DNA from: Octopus vulgaris
Taxonomy: Eukaryota
Assembly: GCA_951406725.2 (NCBI GenBank)
Contig: OX597814.1
Location: 36,766,001 to 36,830,000, forward strand
Direction of reading: 5' to 3'
DNA length: 64,000 nt
The translations under genes and the position numbers were made by a program. Under the pieces are notes generated by a model that saw only the letters and a list, made by a program, of their open reading frames with translations, was not told where the DNA came from and did not search any database. The first letter of the stretch is position 1, and each line of letters starts with the position of its first letter. Of the stretch, positions 13,860 to 28,468 are shown piece after piece.

Positions 13860-14737
13860 CTCATGGAGGTGAAACCCGAGTGTCTCTTTGGTCAGTTGAA
13901 AGCAGTTTTGGCACAAACTTGGCAGACACGCGTCTCATACCCAAACATTCATTGATAACGGACTGAACTGAACCATAACTAATCTGCATATCCTTTGATA
14001 ACTCAGGGATGGTGATTCGACGATATATTGTGCGGAGGTACATGGCCTACTGGTTAGAGCAGCGGAATCGCGGTCGAGGGATCGCGGGTTCGAATCTCAG
14101 ACCGGGTGATGCGTGTGTTTATGAGCGAAACACTTAAGCTCCATGCGGCTCCGGCAGAATGTAATGGCGAACTTCTGCTGACACTTTCGCCACAACTTTC
14201 TCTCACTCTTTCCTCCTGCGACTTGCAGCTCACCTGCGACGGACCGGCGTCCCATCCAGGAGAACCCGGGAAACCGGCCCCCTATGAGTCAGGCATCACT
14301 CGAGAAGGAACAAGCAAATTCGACGATATCTTCTCACAGCTGCACGCACATCTGTGATGTTTTTCTCTGTTCTACTGCTTGCTGGTCTCCCAGAACGTTC
14401 GTCACTATCGACATTTTTTCGGCCGAGCTGGAAGCGTCTGAATCACTCGTAAATTTGTGTCCAGTAACTCATACACTCCTCTCCATACATTGTCTGCAAC
14501 ATTGTGTAGTCTTCGGAGTAGGTGTCACCATGATAACTTTCTCTGTCATGGTCAACGTGACGATCACACGCTCCTTTCTTCCAAGCACTGCTGTAAACAG
14601 AAGTGGGTTAGAACGTCAAAACTTGGTGTGCATGCACAGCAGAGTCTAGAGGCAATCTTTGCCAAGCGACTTTACTCAGCGTGCTTTAGCTTTGTTACTA
14701 TGGCAACAGACCGGATACTTATTGATCAGACCTCGTA
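13860..14737 (-). mobile_element. mariner 5' half relic, interrupted by a SINE
   Basis: Minus strand starts TA-CGAGGTCTGATCAATAAGTATCCGG. Removing the SINE restores ...VRRYRRITIPELSKDMQISYGSVQSVINECLGMRRVSAKFVPKLL. Confidence 0.85.
14027..14317 (+). mobile_element. tRNA(Arg)-type SINE inserted in the mariner
   Basis: GGTTAGAGCAGCGG...GGGTTCGAATCTC B box; 12-bp TSD ATTCGACGATAT (14015-14026, 14318-14329). Confidence 0.9.
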
Positions 14738-15103
14738 AGCGTCCGTAAATATATCAGTTTCCATATATTTATATGGATATAAGCATACATACATATAAAT
14801 AAACAACGCGCGCACGCACGGACACGCACTTATTTGTAATGCTTAGAAATACAGCGGGAAGTGGTACAGTGAGAAGAATTATACATAAATTAACTTTTCT
14901 AAATTGCATTCCAATTTATATTTAATGCGTTCTATGCTTTAGGACGATCTGCACAAATTAACTAACGTAGAAATGGCGAACCTTGAATTTGTATCATGCC
15001 ATTAACAATAGGGAAAATTTAAGTTGAACAAACAATATATATAAGTATATAAGTATATATATATATATATATATGTATGTAGGTATGTATGTACGTATGT
15101 ATA

Positions 15104-15289
15104 TGTACATATATACATATATATTTATATATATATACACACACATATATACATACACGTACATATATACATATATATGTATGTATGTATTTGTACATAT
15201 ATACATATATATTTATATATATATACACACACATATATACATACACGTACATATATACATATATATGTATGTATGTATTTGTACATATA
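15104..15289. repeat. 88-bp tandem duplication (about 2.1 copies) of a TA/CA-rich unit
   Basis: The unit starting TGTACATATA recurs at 15104, 15192 and 15280. Confidence 0.8.
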
Positions 15290-15606
15290 CGCATATATAT
15301 ATGCATATATATACACATACATACACACAAATAACTTTTCATACATGCCTAATACATAGATGTGAATGTATGAGATAATTTTGTCTGAAATATTTTTATG
15401 TCACACCGATTGTTGGAACAAAACAACATCTTAATGGACAACTCATCCAAGATTCATTGAAAATGTTGTTTTAAATTTTACGCATATCTCTATATACAAT
15501 ATCATATATTTATGAACTTGTTTAAATATGAATATATATGTATGTTCATATATATATATATGTATGTATAAATATATATATGAATGTATGTATAAATATA
15601 TATAGA

Positions 15607-15977
15607 CTAGCAGTATCGCCCGGCGTTGCTCGGGTTTGTAAGGGAAATAACTATAAAGCATTTTTAGAGAGTTATAGCCAAAAAATGGAAAAAAAATTAT
15701 GGTAATTTTTTTTTTAGTTAAAAAGGTCGAGTTGCGTCCCCTAGACAGTCTGTGGTTTGTGTTTCTGATTCTCGACCCCATGTCGAATTTATCGATTTTT
15801 TTCAGAACTGGGGGAACTTTTCAAAATTTTCGCTGCGTTAGTTTTGAATTATGACATTGGGCTATGTGTATGTCAAGTTTCATCAGAATTGGTTGAAAGC
15901 CGTGGTCAGGGTGAGGGTACAACCTAACAGACACACAGACACACACACAGACAAACTGCCGTTTATATATAGAGAGA
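15607..15977 (-). mobile_element. non-autonomous Helitron (Lep1-like architecture)
   Basis: Minus strand begins TC, has a (CTGT/GT)n tract near the 5' end, a subterminal hairpin CCCGAGCAACGCCGGG and a CTAG 3' end, and is inserted between A and T. Confidence 0.85.
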
Positions 15978-16039
15978 TATATATGTATATTCATTTATAT
16001 TGATATATATGTATATTCATATATATTGATATATACGTA

Positions 16040-16075
<36 letters not shown>

Positions 16076-16999
16076 ATATGATAGTATGACCGTGAGAATA
16101 GATACTTGTCTACTCATAAACATATAGTCGCCAACATATGTATTTACAATAAGAATAACATGACTATAATTATATTGTTTATTTGAAGAAGGATGTATTA
16201 CGTGAGAAAGATATCTGGAATATATACACAGGTCTTTGCGTGTATTTATCCTTCTGTGCATCGAGTGTTAGTGTGTGCTTGTGTGCATGTGTGTGTGAGT
16301 GTGTATTGGTGTGTAACTATAGAAAGTTTTTTTTTCTTTTTAAATGTACGAATATACTCCCAAACATGATTTCTTGGACGTACTGTGTTATTAGTATTTT
16401 TAACTGTTTCATACCATTTCTATATTTAATACCAATGAATTTGCAATCGACTACGTACAACCTGCAAACCACCGTCAACATCCTTATCGTTAACAAAACC
16501 TTCATTAATGCCTCCAACTATGCGAAAACTGAGCAAATGGCGACGAAAATCTATACCAACGCCACCATAAAAATCCTCCATCATAATCACATATACGATT
16601 ATAATAAATACATTTCACCAACCCTTTCACCTCTTCCTTTTCAATATCAGCATCATCGTAATCAGTGTTATGATTATTACTTTGTTTCTTTTTATAATTC
16701 TGTGTTTTCCTACCACAGAACTGCACGTATAGATACAATGCTGCATATTATACAGGTATGTATGCTTGCATGTTTGTACGTATGTATTATGTATGTATAT
16801 ATGTATATATGTATGTTCCCATCTATCTATCTATCAATATATGTATGTATTTAAGAATGCACATGTATATGTTTGTGTATATACAAATATATATATACAC
16901 GCACATAGATATACATTCATAAATTCGTACATATATACATACATGCATACATATATGCATATATATGTATATATACATATATATATATTATATACACAC

Positions 17000-17038
<39 letters not shown>

Positions 17039-17354
17039 GAAACATGGATAGAGGCTCACACACACTCACACACATCTAATTTCATTGATGGATATACATA
17101 CACAAGCACACACACATACATAATTTTTATTCTGTTGATTACTTCAGACAACATCTTTAGCACTTCACTTGTGATTATTTATTCTTTTATAAAATTGTAG
17201 TATTTTGGTTGGAACAATTCATTAAAAGACAATGTTTAAATTTGATTTCTTCTCTTTATTGTTTCTCGGATTAATATTGTCTTAGACATAGCTTAATGAG
17301 ATATGCAGACAGGTCTATACTTTGTAATGTATGTAAGTATGTATATATATTTTG

Positions 17355-17445
<91 letters not shown>

Positions 17446-17978
17446 TATGTATGTATGTATGAGTATGCGTATATGTCTGTGTGTATTTATCTATGTATGC
17501 ATTAAAAATTATTTGTTCAGGCTATTTCATTGCTTTGCGTTTTCTATTGAGTTACATCAATTTCTTTATTATCATTGTTACCTCCCTTTTTTTTTTGCTT
17601 TCTATTTCATATATGATTATCTCTAATTAGCTCTAATCCGCTAACATCGTCATTGCCCCTTTTCCGCTGGTGTATCTTGCGTTCTTTGTTGTTTTATTGC
17701 TATAACATTTGTTCTTGCTATGCCTACTTATTTCCCTTTTACAGTAATATATTTCCTACAAGACTTTTAAGATATCTTATACGATCATATATGTATGCAT
17801 TTTCATGAATACACTTACATATGCAAATCTGCCCATCGCAGAGACACAAGTATGCACACAAATACACACACAACCGCACCCCGTGACACATGTATAAGTT
17901 AGTATGTATTAGTATATCCGTCAAGTCATCTATATATTATGTGTGAATATACATATATTTTACGTTTCTCTTTGCCTC

Positions 17979-18055
<77 letters not shown>

Positions 18056-18162
18056 CTTAATTTTTACTCATGTACGCACACATACACAGATATGTATATA
18101 TGTATGAATGTATATATATATATATATATATGCATGTATATACGTACATATGTATGAATGTA

Positions 18163-18205
<43 letters not shown>

Positions 18206-19377
18206 CCATCCCTCATGCTTCTGTCTATGTTTCTTTTCTTCTCTACGTGTGTGTATGTGTGTGTGTGCGCGCGCGTGTTTGAATGGGTTTATACACACGC
18301 ATACACTTTTATACTCATATTTACGTCATAATTTTCTACTCATAAGTATTGGTTTGTAACATTAACTTACAGTGACTTATGCTTACAATTTTACCATTTT
18401 ACTATATTTAGCAAATTTTCATATTTATTATGTATTTAAGTTTGTAAAATTTGTGTTTTATCATATCATACTTTATTCCGTTATATTCTGCTGCATTTGA
18501 TCTCTCTCATACGTTCCCAGAAGGATTCTGCTGCACAAACATTAAGTTCCGTTAGGGCAAGACTCATTTTAATGGGTAACACTTTTGGAGAAATTTTGAA
18601 AGGATATAGAATAAATATAAGAGAAGATAATAATAGAAGAAAGAAAAAGAGAGAGAAAAATGTCGGGAGGCAAGAAGAAATGACCATCCAGTTAAGTACG
18701 CGCCGCGTCCAGAAAAAATCAGAGGTGAGAAAAAAAAATGACCTGTAGTCACGTGTGAACAAAGGAGATAAGAGTGAAGATGAGTGGAAAAAACAAAGGG
18801 AGTGGGGGAAGGGAGATGAACTTCTGAAAGTACACTACGCATGCGACCATATACTGACTGTATGGTTTACAAGGGTGTTAGTAAGTATATACCTGCGAAT
18901 ATCTTCTGACTGCATGTGTATCTTCCTGAAATTTGCTTCTTTTATTGCTTTATCTATCCATCAATTACTTCGCCCATGAATCCTGTATATATATATAATC
19001 ACATATTATCACATATTATTGTCCTTTATGGTGGCCATTCACTTTTTTGTTAGAAATAGATGAACTTAATGATATGTACAGACTGTGCAGGCAAAAATCA
19101 TGTAATAACATACACGCGCGAGTATTGAATGATGTGGAAGTCAAGCACACAAGCATACTAATATGTAAGTACGTAAAAACACCAACAAATTATGATGCAG
19201 CATATGACTGCAACCTCACTAATCGTAAATTCGCCTTCAATAATCAAACGTAACTTAATTTCATTATTGTTTATATTAATTTTTTAACCTATATAAGTGT
19301 GAATTCTTTTCCTTCTTATCAACATGTTAGCACGAGACACTTACGTACCAGTTTTGTATCCAGTTCAATGAATTAAG

Positions 19378-19451
<74 letters not shown>

Positions 19452-20689
19452 GCATGCGCATTTATTCACTGCCTACGCACATGCAGACACACATATGATG
19501 GTGGTGGCGGTGAGATAATACGTACCTCTGGATTAATCTATTTCGCAGAGGCTAGTAATATGTTTTTTTCCGTTACTCTGAGAATCTTAGCAGTGAATGA
19601 AGAAATATATATGTAATTATCCCTTATAGATTGTGTTGTAGTTGTGGTTGTTACTGTTGTTACCTAGTCGCTCATGTAGTAATTAGCGATGAAGATTTTT
19701 TTATTGCTTTTGCTTCGATGTTGAAGGGTTTACCTCTTAGTGTATGTGAGTGCATTTTCACCCTGTTGAATGTATTTTTTATGTATGCTGTAAATGTCAT
19801 TAGTGTATTATATGTCAGTACTGATATTTTATCATCTCTGTATGTGGCATGTTTATATTGTTGAATGAAATGCTCTGATATTTGTCATTATCTGATGTTT
19901 ACCACCTAATTATTGGAATGCTGGGTCTTGTAGGCGCTACACTAAGTCGGTTGATTTGAATAAGGTTGTAGAGTAGTGGTATGAATTGGAACATGTCAGA
20001 TGTGAGTTTATTCATATCAGGATATAGACTGCTCATTTATTATTACACATATGGTAATGCCATTAAGCCATAGACAGGAAAATGAGGCTGAGAGATTAAG
20101 CCATATAATTTACAATTCTGGATATTAGAAGCTCCAGACTTGTGATTCTGCTACACTACATAGACTTGACAACATGACGGAATTTGTAAGCAGCAGTTTT
20201 GCTATTTCTTATTTTACTGTTGAGTATTTTGTTCATGGGAGGGCGCATTGAGTAGGCAAGTGAATTTAAGAGGACATACGCTGAGCTGGTGGAGCATGAT
20301 GACGATGGTTATGCCAATTACTGTAAATAGCTTACTACTAGCGTTACTGTTAGGCATAGTTGTGATAGTTTTGTACATCAGGACTATTGTGGCTTTGAAT
20401 TTCACCCATATTTGAATGGGGTTTTTGCTACGCACACATTTGATAAGGAAAAGACAAAATAGCTTGCGGTTATCTAATTCAATCCCTATAACTTATAACT
20501 TCAAAGCTGAACACACAAAGTATATAAAAGTAAAATACTGGAATTATTCTAATTGTGGGTATTATACCATTATGAAGTTTGGTAATAGTAGGAATATTGT
20601 GAATATCATTATTTTAAATATTATTTGTTTCAGGCTTTTGATGTTGTACCTGATTTAATTATGCGTCTTATAGAACCACAGCCCGTGGC

Positions 20690-21830
20690 GTAGGATGTAG
20701 GGCATTTGCTAATTTATACATAGCCATTATTTCTGCAATGCGCCCCATTCCAGATTAAGATCGAGTGTTTCTTGTGTTAGTTCCTGAATACTTTGATGCC
20801 TTTCCCCAAATTTTCAATAATAATCGTCAGTATCATGTCCTTGTTAATTTGTTGCCTCCGGAGTTAGATAATTTTATACTTCAAGGAGGTATATTACATT
20901 TTTTGTACTATAGAGTTTCTTCATCTCAAAGGCTTCAATATTTGGCTTGTTTTGTTCTTCCCTGAGAAATGTCTCACAACAGACTCACTTCGTCGTTTTC
21001 AAGGGCTTTCATTTTTATGCTCAACATTGATTATAAATATTTTCTGTACGTGCAAAACTACTTTCTTCCAATAATCCAGAAAATTATTGCAACAATTTTG
21101 CTTTACTACACTTATTGTATTCATTCTTAGCTAACTTAGGGTTTCACTTGAATGATCTCATATTCTACGTGAAGACGAATTTTACTGCTGCTTCTTTATT
21201 GATCAAATTTACTTTCAAGATTTCTTTCTGCAGGGCAAAATCATGTGCCCGATTTCATTCTTCATTATTCCTTTCTTTTGCCATAGGCATTTCACCTTAT
21301 CCCTTATCTCTTCTATGTTTCCTGAAAAGCAGCAAGGTAGAATTTTCTTTCCTTTAGATCTGATCTCTTCGTTTCTCCTTTATACTCATTTATCTTTCTC
21401 GATTCAACAAATTTTGAAAGACACTCTCTCACTTCCACGGGGCTTTTCTTCTTTTTCTTTTCGATAGGAATCCTGACTTGTCTTCTCTATTAACTCTTTC
21501 GACATACCCGTTATTAATTCTAGTGTCCAGTAGTGTCCATTGCATTTTATAACAAGTACTTGACGTTTTTGCAAGATTATGTCGTCGGCGTTTGTATAAT
21601 CAGTCCACGCGACGCATAAATTTGTCCATCTCTTCCGGTAAAACCTGAGAAACACATTATCAGCTATCAATAGGTCTTACATTCCCTTGTAAATTCTAAC
21701 GGAATTTCTGCTCATAAGGCATTAAATTGCTTTCTTAAAGATGATGATCTATTGCTTCAGCAACTATCATTGAGGAGTTTCCACACAATTTGAGTGAGAA
21801 TTTTTACTTCCAGTTCTTCCTTTTGTTAAC
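20690..21830 (-). mobile_element. heavily decayed R4/Dong retrotransposon
   Basis: Minus-strand remnants WKLL and IADNVFLRFYRKRWTNLCVAWTDYTNAD, resembling LLIDK..L....R..NL..AWIDYKKAYD. Confidence 0.6.
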
Positions 21831-21999
21831 CACTCGATTGATTTCTGTCTTCTGGTAAAAACAAAAATCACTCTGCTGCTTATGCTATGACTACAACGAC
21901 AAGAACAGCAGCAACGATAGGAACAGCCAGAAAAAAAGATCAGATAAGCTAAAGCCTCCTTTCATCTTCCTTCCTTCCTTCCTTCCTGCATTATAATTA

Positions 22000-22680
22000 A
22001 AGAGAAAAATAGGGAACCGAAGTAGTGACAAGGGGCCACCAGAAACGACAAAAATTTAGAAGCTAAAAGTTTTAGTCGTAATACAAAAACACACATGTAG
22101 ACCAAACAGAATCACAAAAAAAAACAAAAACAGTCCATCAATACAAGAAACAAAACAACGCCAAAAACAACAAAATGGACGGAATCCCAAACCGGGCAGT
22201 TTGGGGATTTTAGAGTAAACAAGATGCTATTTAGAGAGGCCCTTTAAAAGACAATCATGAAAATTTATTCAGACTAACTGTTCACACGATGACGAAAATG
22301 AGTAACCTCCCGTTCTGTTTTCTCCATTAGAACATTCATTCTGTTCCTCCGTTTAGGATGGCAAATGTATATGTTATGAATTGCTACTGAAATGCATAGT
22401 CATACACTCAACCTCAATTCACTTAATGTAAAAGAGGCAGCCCGTACCAAAATAAAATTCTCTGGAAAGCACGGACACAGTTTTTAGTTTTACAACGACA
22501 AGACATGTAAACTCCCAGAAAGAATCAGATTTAGAGATACATAAGATTTTCCTGGATCCGGGTAGTAAATCGGTGGTACTGAGAGCGTGTGGAAACAAAG
22601 GGAGTGCTTTAGACTGCACTTCTTAAGATGTCTAGAAACATTCTTGCGGACATCGTATCCTTTTCTGCTAGCGGGGATTG
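22000..22680 (-). mobile_element. possible decayed Penelope-like element 3' region
   Basis: Only a weak VSRHLKKCS remnant and a T-rich UTR-like tail. Confidence 0.25.
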
Positions 22681-23147
22681 AAATTGTATTAATCTCATAA
22701 CTTTTCCTTTCTTCCTATTTTCCCTCATCTTGAACTGGATAAATACCTACTCATATTGCCATGTTCCTCTTTTATCGGACACTTCCTCACCGGATGTTCC
22801 TCAAATAACTAAAATAATCGTCGCAATAATCAGTATTATTATTACGTTTAATGCTTTGATAGGGCAGAATTATCCGGGCTTTTGTTGGTTTTCTCATCCA
22901 GTTGCTCTCTCTAGTGTTCACTCCTACCAGGGAAATTTTCTTATTGCACTTTTTATTGCTATATATTTTGTTTTTGTTGACTTCATATCATTAAATGCAT
23001 TCTTCACTAATTGATGCCCACGTATCAAACTTGTACTTCCCTTATTATTTTGGATCATTGTACTCTATAAGTATCATAGGGGCTCATCGCTCTTTTACAG
23101 GTGGCCAATGCTATCAACTGAAATTTCACTTTAGCATTATATAGTGG

Positions 23148-23465
23148 GTGGAGGCGCAATGGCCCAGTTGTTAGGGTAGCGGACTCGCTGTCGGAGGATC
23201 GCAGTTGCGATTCCCAGACCGAGCTTTGTGTGTGTTTATTGAGGGAAAACAGCTAATCAGAACTCCACGAGGCTCCGGTAGGGGGTGGTGGCGATCCCTG
23301 TTGTATTCTTTCGCCCCAACTTTCTCTCACTCTTTCTTCCTGCTTCTTGGGTAACGCTGCGATGGACTGGCGTCCCGTCCAGCTGGGGGGAGCACATACG
23401 CCACAGAAACCAGGAAACCGGGCCCATGAACCTGGCTAGGCTTGAAAAGTTCGCGAAAAGAAAAA
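23148..23465 (+). mobile_element. tRNA(Arg)-derived SINE (same family as 1670)
   Basis: 12-bp TSD ATTATATAGTGG (23136-23147, 23466-23477); A-rich tail. Confidence 0.92.
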
Positions 23466-25216
23466 ATTATATAGTGGATAAGATTCATAATGTTCTCATG
23501 GAAACTCTTATTGTGTCGGAGACGGACTGACGTGTCGATCTTTATAATGATATAAATATTGAGGTTGAGATAGTTGTTGATATTACTGATAAAGCTGATA
23601 ACGATCGTGCTGTTACTTTTGTTGAAGAAGATACATTAGTGAGGTTTCTCTTGACTTATATTATGCTGCCGTGATATTGCGGATGCTGTTGACTTTAATC
23701 TTGATATTGATAATTCTGTTTGTGTTGCTGATGAGATTGGTGAAAATGATGATACTGATAATGATGTTAATGTTGGTGATATGTTATATTTCATGTTAGT
23801 AATGATATTGTCAACTTTATATTGATGTTTTGTTGTTAGTATTGATATGGCTTTGCTATAGCTAATGATGTTCTATATAAGTCGATGCCGTTTTTTTTTT
23901 TATGTGTGAGATATTGTTGGTATATGGAATAATTGATATTGCAGCTGATATTGTTGATGTTGCTTATAATAATAGTTTTAGAAACGCTGTTATTTTTACT
24001 GTTAATATTTTTACAATACTATTACAGTTGATTGTGTTTTGATACTGTTGAAATTCGTTTTGCTGATATTCTTCTCAATATAATTTATGCTGCTAAATGG
24101 ATTGATAACGTTGGTAACATTACTGTTGACAATGTTCATGGTCTTGATGTTATCGATATTGCTTATGTTATTGCTGTCATAGATACTTCTGTACCTGTTA
24201 CGTTCTAATTCGCTTGCAAAATGATACGCTACCTCTTTTTTTATATATTTTACTTTCATAATTTTCCTCTTGTTATTGTATTTTTTCCTGCTGTTCAAAT
24301 TGTCTTTGTTGTCACTAGACTTGTTGACTTGTTCCTCCCGAATATGTCCAAGAAGTTATTGTTGCTCTTTTTTGTATCTGTTCTGGCTGTTCTCGTCGTC
24401 AATAATGTTTCGATGTTGTTTCTTGCATTGTTCTAATTGGCTGTATTTGCAATTTTTCTTTCACAGCATGCAGTTGCCGAGGTTGTTGCTGTTGTTATTG
24501 TTGGTGTCACTATACATGTAATTTATTGCTGTTGTCATTGGTGATTTTCTCCTTACATGTGGTTTCTCTTCTTGCCGACATGATGATGTATTAGTTTATT
24601 TCGCTATTATCTTTATTGTTGTTGTTTTCTGTTTTTCTGGTTGTTGTCATAGATTAACTTTTGTTTCCATTGTTGTTGCCATTCGCCGAAGTTGTTTTTT
24701 TTTTATCCTATTGTTTTCTTTCTTCCTTGTAATCATTAGATTTTGATTATATCACTGAAGACTCACCATTGCCTGAAGGATGCATATATCATTTCTTAGA
24801 ATGATGTCGCAGTTCACTCTCTTTCTCACTCTCTCTGTCCCATCATCGTCTTTTATGCTTTCACGTTCACTGCATGTATTAGTATATTGTGCTTCGTACA
24901 CAATACATCATTTTTGTTCATTAAATAAGTCTAAGATAAGTTTGTAGAAATTGCACTTAGTTTTACATTTTACAGACGAATCCAATGTCTTTTCTTTTGG
25001 AAAAAATATTTAACTTTATTTTGTTTACTTCTATTATCAGTAAATTTCAATGTTTTTGATAGTAATTGTCGATCTTGATATAGCATATATTAGTTTTCCA
25101 AACTGTATATATGGCTATATTCATCCATATTTAAATCTACACTATACACATACATACACCCATCTGCACACATGTATATATGCAAATGACTACACACACA
25201 CGCATACATACATACA

Positions 25217-25247
<31 letters not shown>

Positions 25248-26021
25248 GTATTTGTTTTTGTGTCAACTATTGAATAGATCTACTTAATGTTAAACTGAAA
25301 GATTACTAGAGTAGATATTTGTTAACTATTACGTTTCTCTTGTAAATTTAAAATGCCAGCTCAATCTTAGTGCTACTAGTAATATGTAATGCGATACGTC
25401 ACTTTAAACTGTTGGGCCGTCGGTGAGTAAACCTGTACCCTATCAAACCTGCATCTTCAGAGAAGGATTTGCAGAACACTGTGCGGGACGAAAGCAAGAT
25501 ATGTCAATGGGTAGATGAGTTAAGGAGAGTCACAAAATATCTAACAGGTGTAAGAGACATCTACTATAGACTTTGTTGAATCATCCTTCTGGGAGAAGAC
25601 GAACTGTGCTTGAACACCCCTATCCTCATTTGCATCGAGTGATGTAAACTATTTCTCTCCCTTGGCCATATACACACGTTGTTCAGTGAATGTAATTGGC
25701 TCTCCCTTTAGGCATAAATATCACTTCATTTTTAACATCTCAATTAACAATTCTATTATACATGGCCGTAGCTGAAGATAAAGCTCTCAATGGAAGGTTC
25801 TATCATGGATCATGACTGGTGTCAGTATGGAAGATCAACTCTTAGAACAGCTACTCCAGGAGGTACCCATCATAACTACATATGTGGAAAAGTGCATAGC
25901 AAGAAAGAAATACTACATCCTTAGTGCTCTTCTTTAACAGTTCATCCATTGTTCGAAACTGAGTTGCAGCTATCATATATTACTCTCTCTTTCTCTCTCT
26001 TATATATATATATATGCATAT

Positions 26022-26057
<36 letters not shown>

Positions 26058-26060
26058 TAT

Positions 26061-26116
<56 letters not shown>

Positions 26117-26527
26117 GTTTCCATATGTACATATACGTTATACATTCATACATACACACACGAGCGCGCACTTTCATACACAATCACACACACATATATG
26201 CTCTTTCCATTTCTACCGTATAACTCTTTGCTAGTTCCATTCCAAAATGGTGTTACGATGATGAATCAGTACCTATGCAATTGAGAATATTTCTACAGTA
26301 CTTCACATGGGTTAAATGAGATACTTTGATAAGGCTGACCCCAGCTACATTTATAGCAGTGGTTGGCTTCTCTGGAATGGCATATAGCTGATTATTCATG
26401 CAATACGTCCATATCCACTCCGAATAGATTTCTTCCGTTAGATATTAGAAACCTTTGTGCCGTTGAAAACTACACTGTTGTAGCATGTACTTCTTATTTT
26501 CCATGTAGTCTTTGGTAACATCGGAAC

Positions 26528-26738
26528 TACGAAGCGGTACTGAAGATTTCCTGGAATTGGGTAAAAGAAAATACAAGAGGAACAGTAACATGATTTTATT
26601 CAGCATATTCCCCTCTCATTCTCTTATTCTATCAATTCTTCAGTTTTCCTAAGCCCTGTGAAAGAACTCGGAAGATTGGAATTCCAGCCCGGCCTTTCTT
26701 GATACACTTAAAGCCAGACACTTTTCAGTACCTCCTTC
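26528..26738. mobile_element. mariner-derived MITE
   Basis: Imperfect TIRs TACGAAGCGGTACTGAAGATTTCCTGG and (reverse complement) GAAGGAGGTACTGAAAAGTGTCTGG. Confidence 0.6.
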
Positions 26739-26974
26739 AAAGTTACTTTCAATATCATTCGTGCGTAAAAATAATAAAATTGTACTCTACAACAGTATAA
26801 AATAACCCACCATATTAATATAAAACTGCAAAACTGCTGTGTTATAATTGCACATAAAACAAAAATTGACACACACACATACACACACACGTACACACAC
26901 ACATACATACATACATACATACATACATACATACACACACATATCACACATATAATATATAAAAAAATATATAA

Positions 26975-27122
26975 AGGAGTAGGCGTGATTGTGTGTTAAG
27001 AAGTTAGCTTCCCAACCACATGGTGCCAGGTTCAATCCCATTGCGTGACAACTTAGACGAGTGTATTCTACTATAACCGCGAGCTGACCTACGCCCTCTG
27101 TGTAGATTTGTTAGATGGAAAA
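26975..27122 (+). mobile_element. SINE head (13069 family)
   Basis: GGCGTGATTGTGTGTTAAGAAG...CCAGGTTCAATCCCA. Confidence 0.7.
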
Positions 27123-27139
27123 TTACATATAAAGCGAGA

Positions 27140-27345
27140 GAGAGCTGAAATTTACAGAGAAACAAAAGACGAAGGCAGGTGTAAAAACGACAAGCAGGGG
27201 TATTAGTTTGACGCTCGGGAAATGTGAGAGAGTCTTTTACGTTTCGAGCCTACTCTCTTCAACAGAAAGGAATATGAGGAAATAAACAGAGAGGATAAAA
27301 AGAGAGAATAAAACAGCTTTTAGATTTAGCGATCAATCATGGCGA
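27140..27345 (-). mobile_element. short PLE-pLTR-like element carrying a minimal hammerhead motif (core about 27238-27265)
   Basis: Minus strand: cttt-CTGTTGA-A-GAGA GTAG GCTC-GAAAC-GTA-aaag. Homologous to 34045-34195. Confidence 0.65.
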
Positions 27346-28409
27346 GAATGGTTGTTTGTATCTCTATGTGTATGGTCATATGTATGTGTAATGAACAAAG
27401 AAGCAGATTTTAATTATGTTCGTTCAAAGATAATGATTTACTCCGATGGAAATTCTTTATGTAAATACATGTCTTGCTGTTGTGGGTGGTGTCGTTGTTT
27501 GTTAGACCTATGCTAATCTTGCTCAATCTGTCTGATGATCAATGTCATTCTAATTGCGTCAAGTAACATTTCTGTTTTATTCAAGGAATTGAAGTTCTCA
27601 TTTTTAAACCTGGTTCTACCTAAGAGAAATGTGACTGTGATATCTAGCATGTCAAACTTCTACGAAGCAGTTTTCTCTATCAGTTATTTATATATTATTG
27701 TGTAATTTGCTTAGCATCGTTTTATGGCAAGGTAAAACTAAAAAGCATTTCTCAATATACGACATTTTTGTCGCTTATATGGCCTGGAAACAAAAATTTA
27801 TTTAGAAGATTCTTTTAAACATTTGCGAGCATTTTCTCTAGCATTCACAGCAATTTGGGGATCTGCCATCCATGAACTCCACTTCATATCACTGACTTTA
27901 ACAATGTTATATGACATACCGCTGCTTTACATTACCCGACAATCATCCCTCACAAAACCCCACCTATGCCACTGCATTCAGTAAATTTATATATATATAT
28001 AATAACACCATAAACAGTGATAATATGCTTGGCAAATATACTCTCTCTAATATTTCACTAATGGAACACCCATCATAATTCTTAGACTTGGCATTCAACT
28101 GAAACTAACCTTTATTTTTGTCTATTAGATAATTTGTGGTACTTATAGTCAACTGAGAAATATTTCTTAAGTGCCTCGTGATCCTTGCTTTATATTCTTA
28201 GTGTATTGTGGTTTTAAAGAAGAAACATTTTTTATGCTTTCAGATATAATCATTGCTTAGGTAAGCATTCAACTCTTTTTACATTGAATCTCTTATCCTT
28301 TAAGGCATTGTACATTTAAGATACAGAATAGTAAGATGTATTCATTGGAATATGTATGTATCTATATATACACACACATATATATATACATACTTACATA
28401 CATACATAC

Positions 28410-28468
<59 letters not shown>

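Noticed and set aside
23560-24760. Hydrophobic or Asn-rich ORFs
   Set aside because: Decayed (GTT/GAT)n low-complexity sequence.
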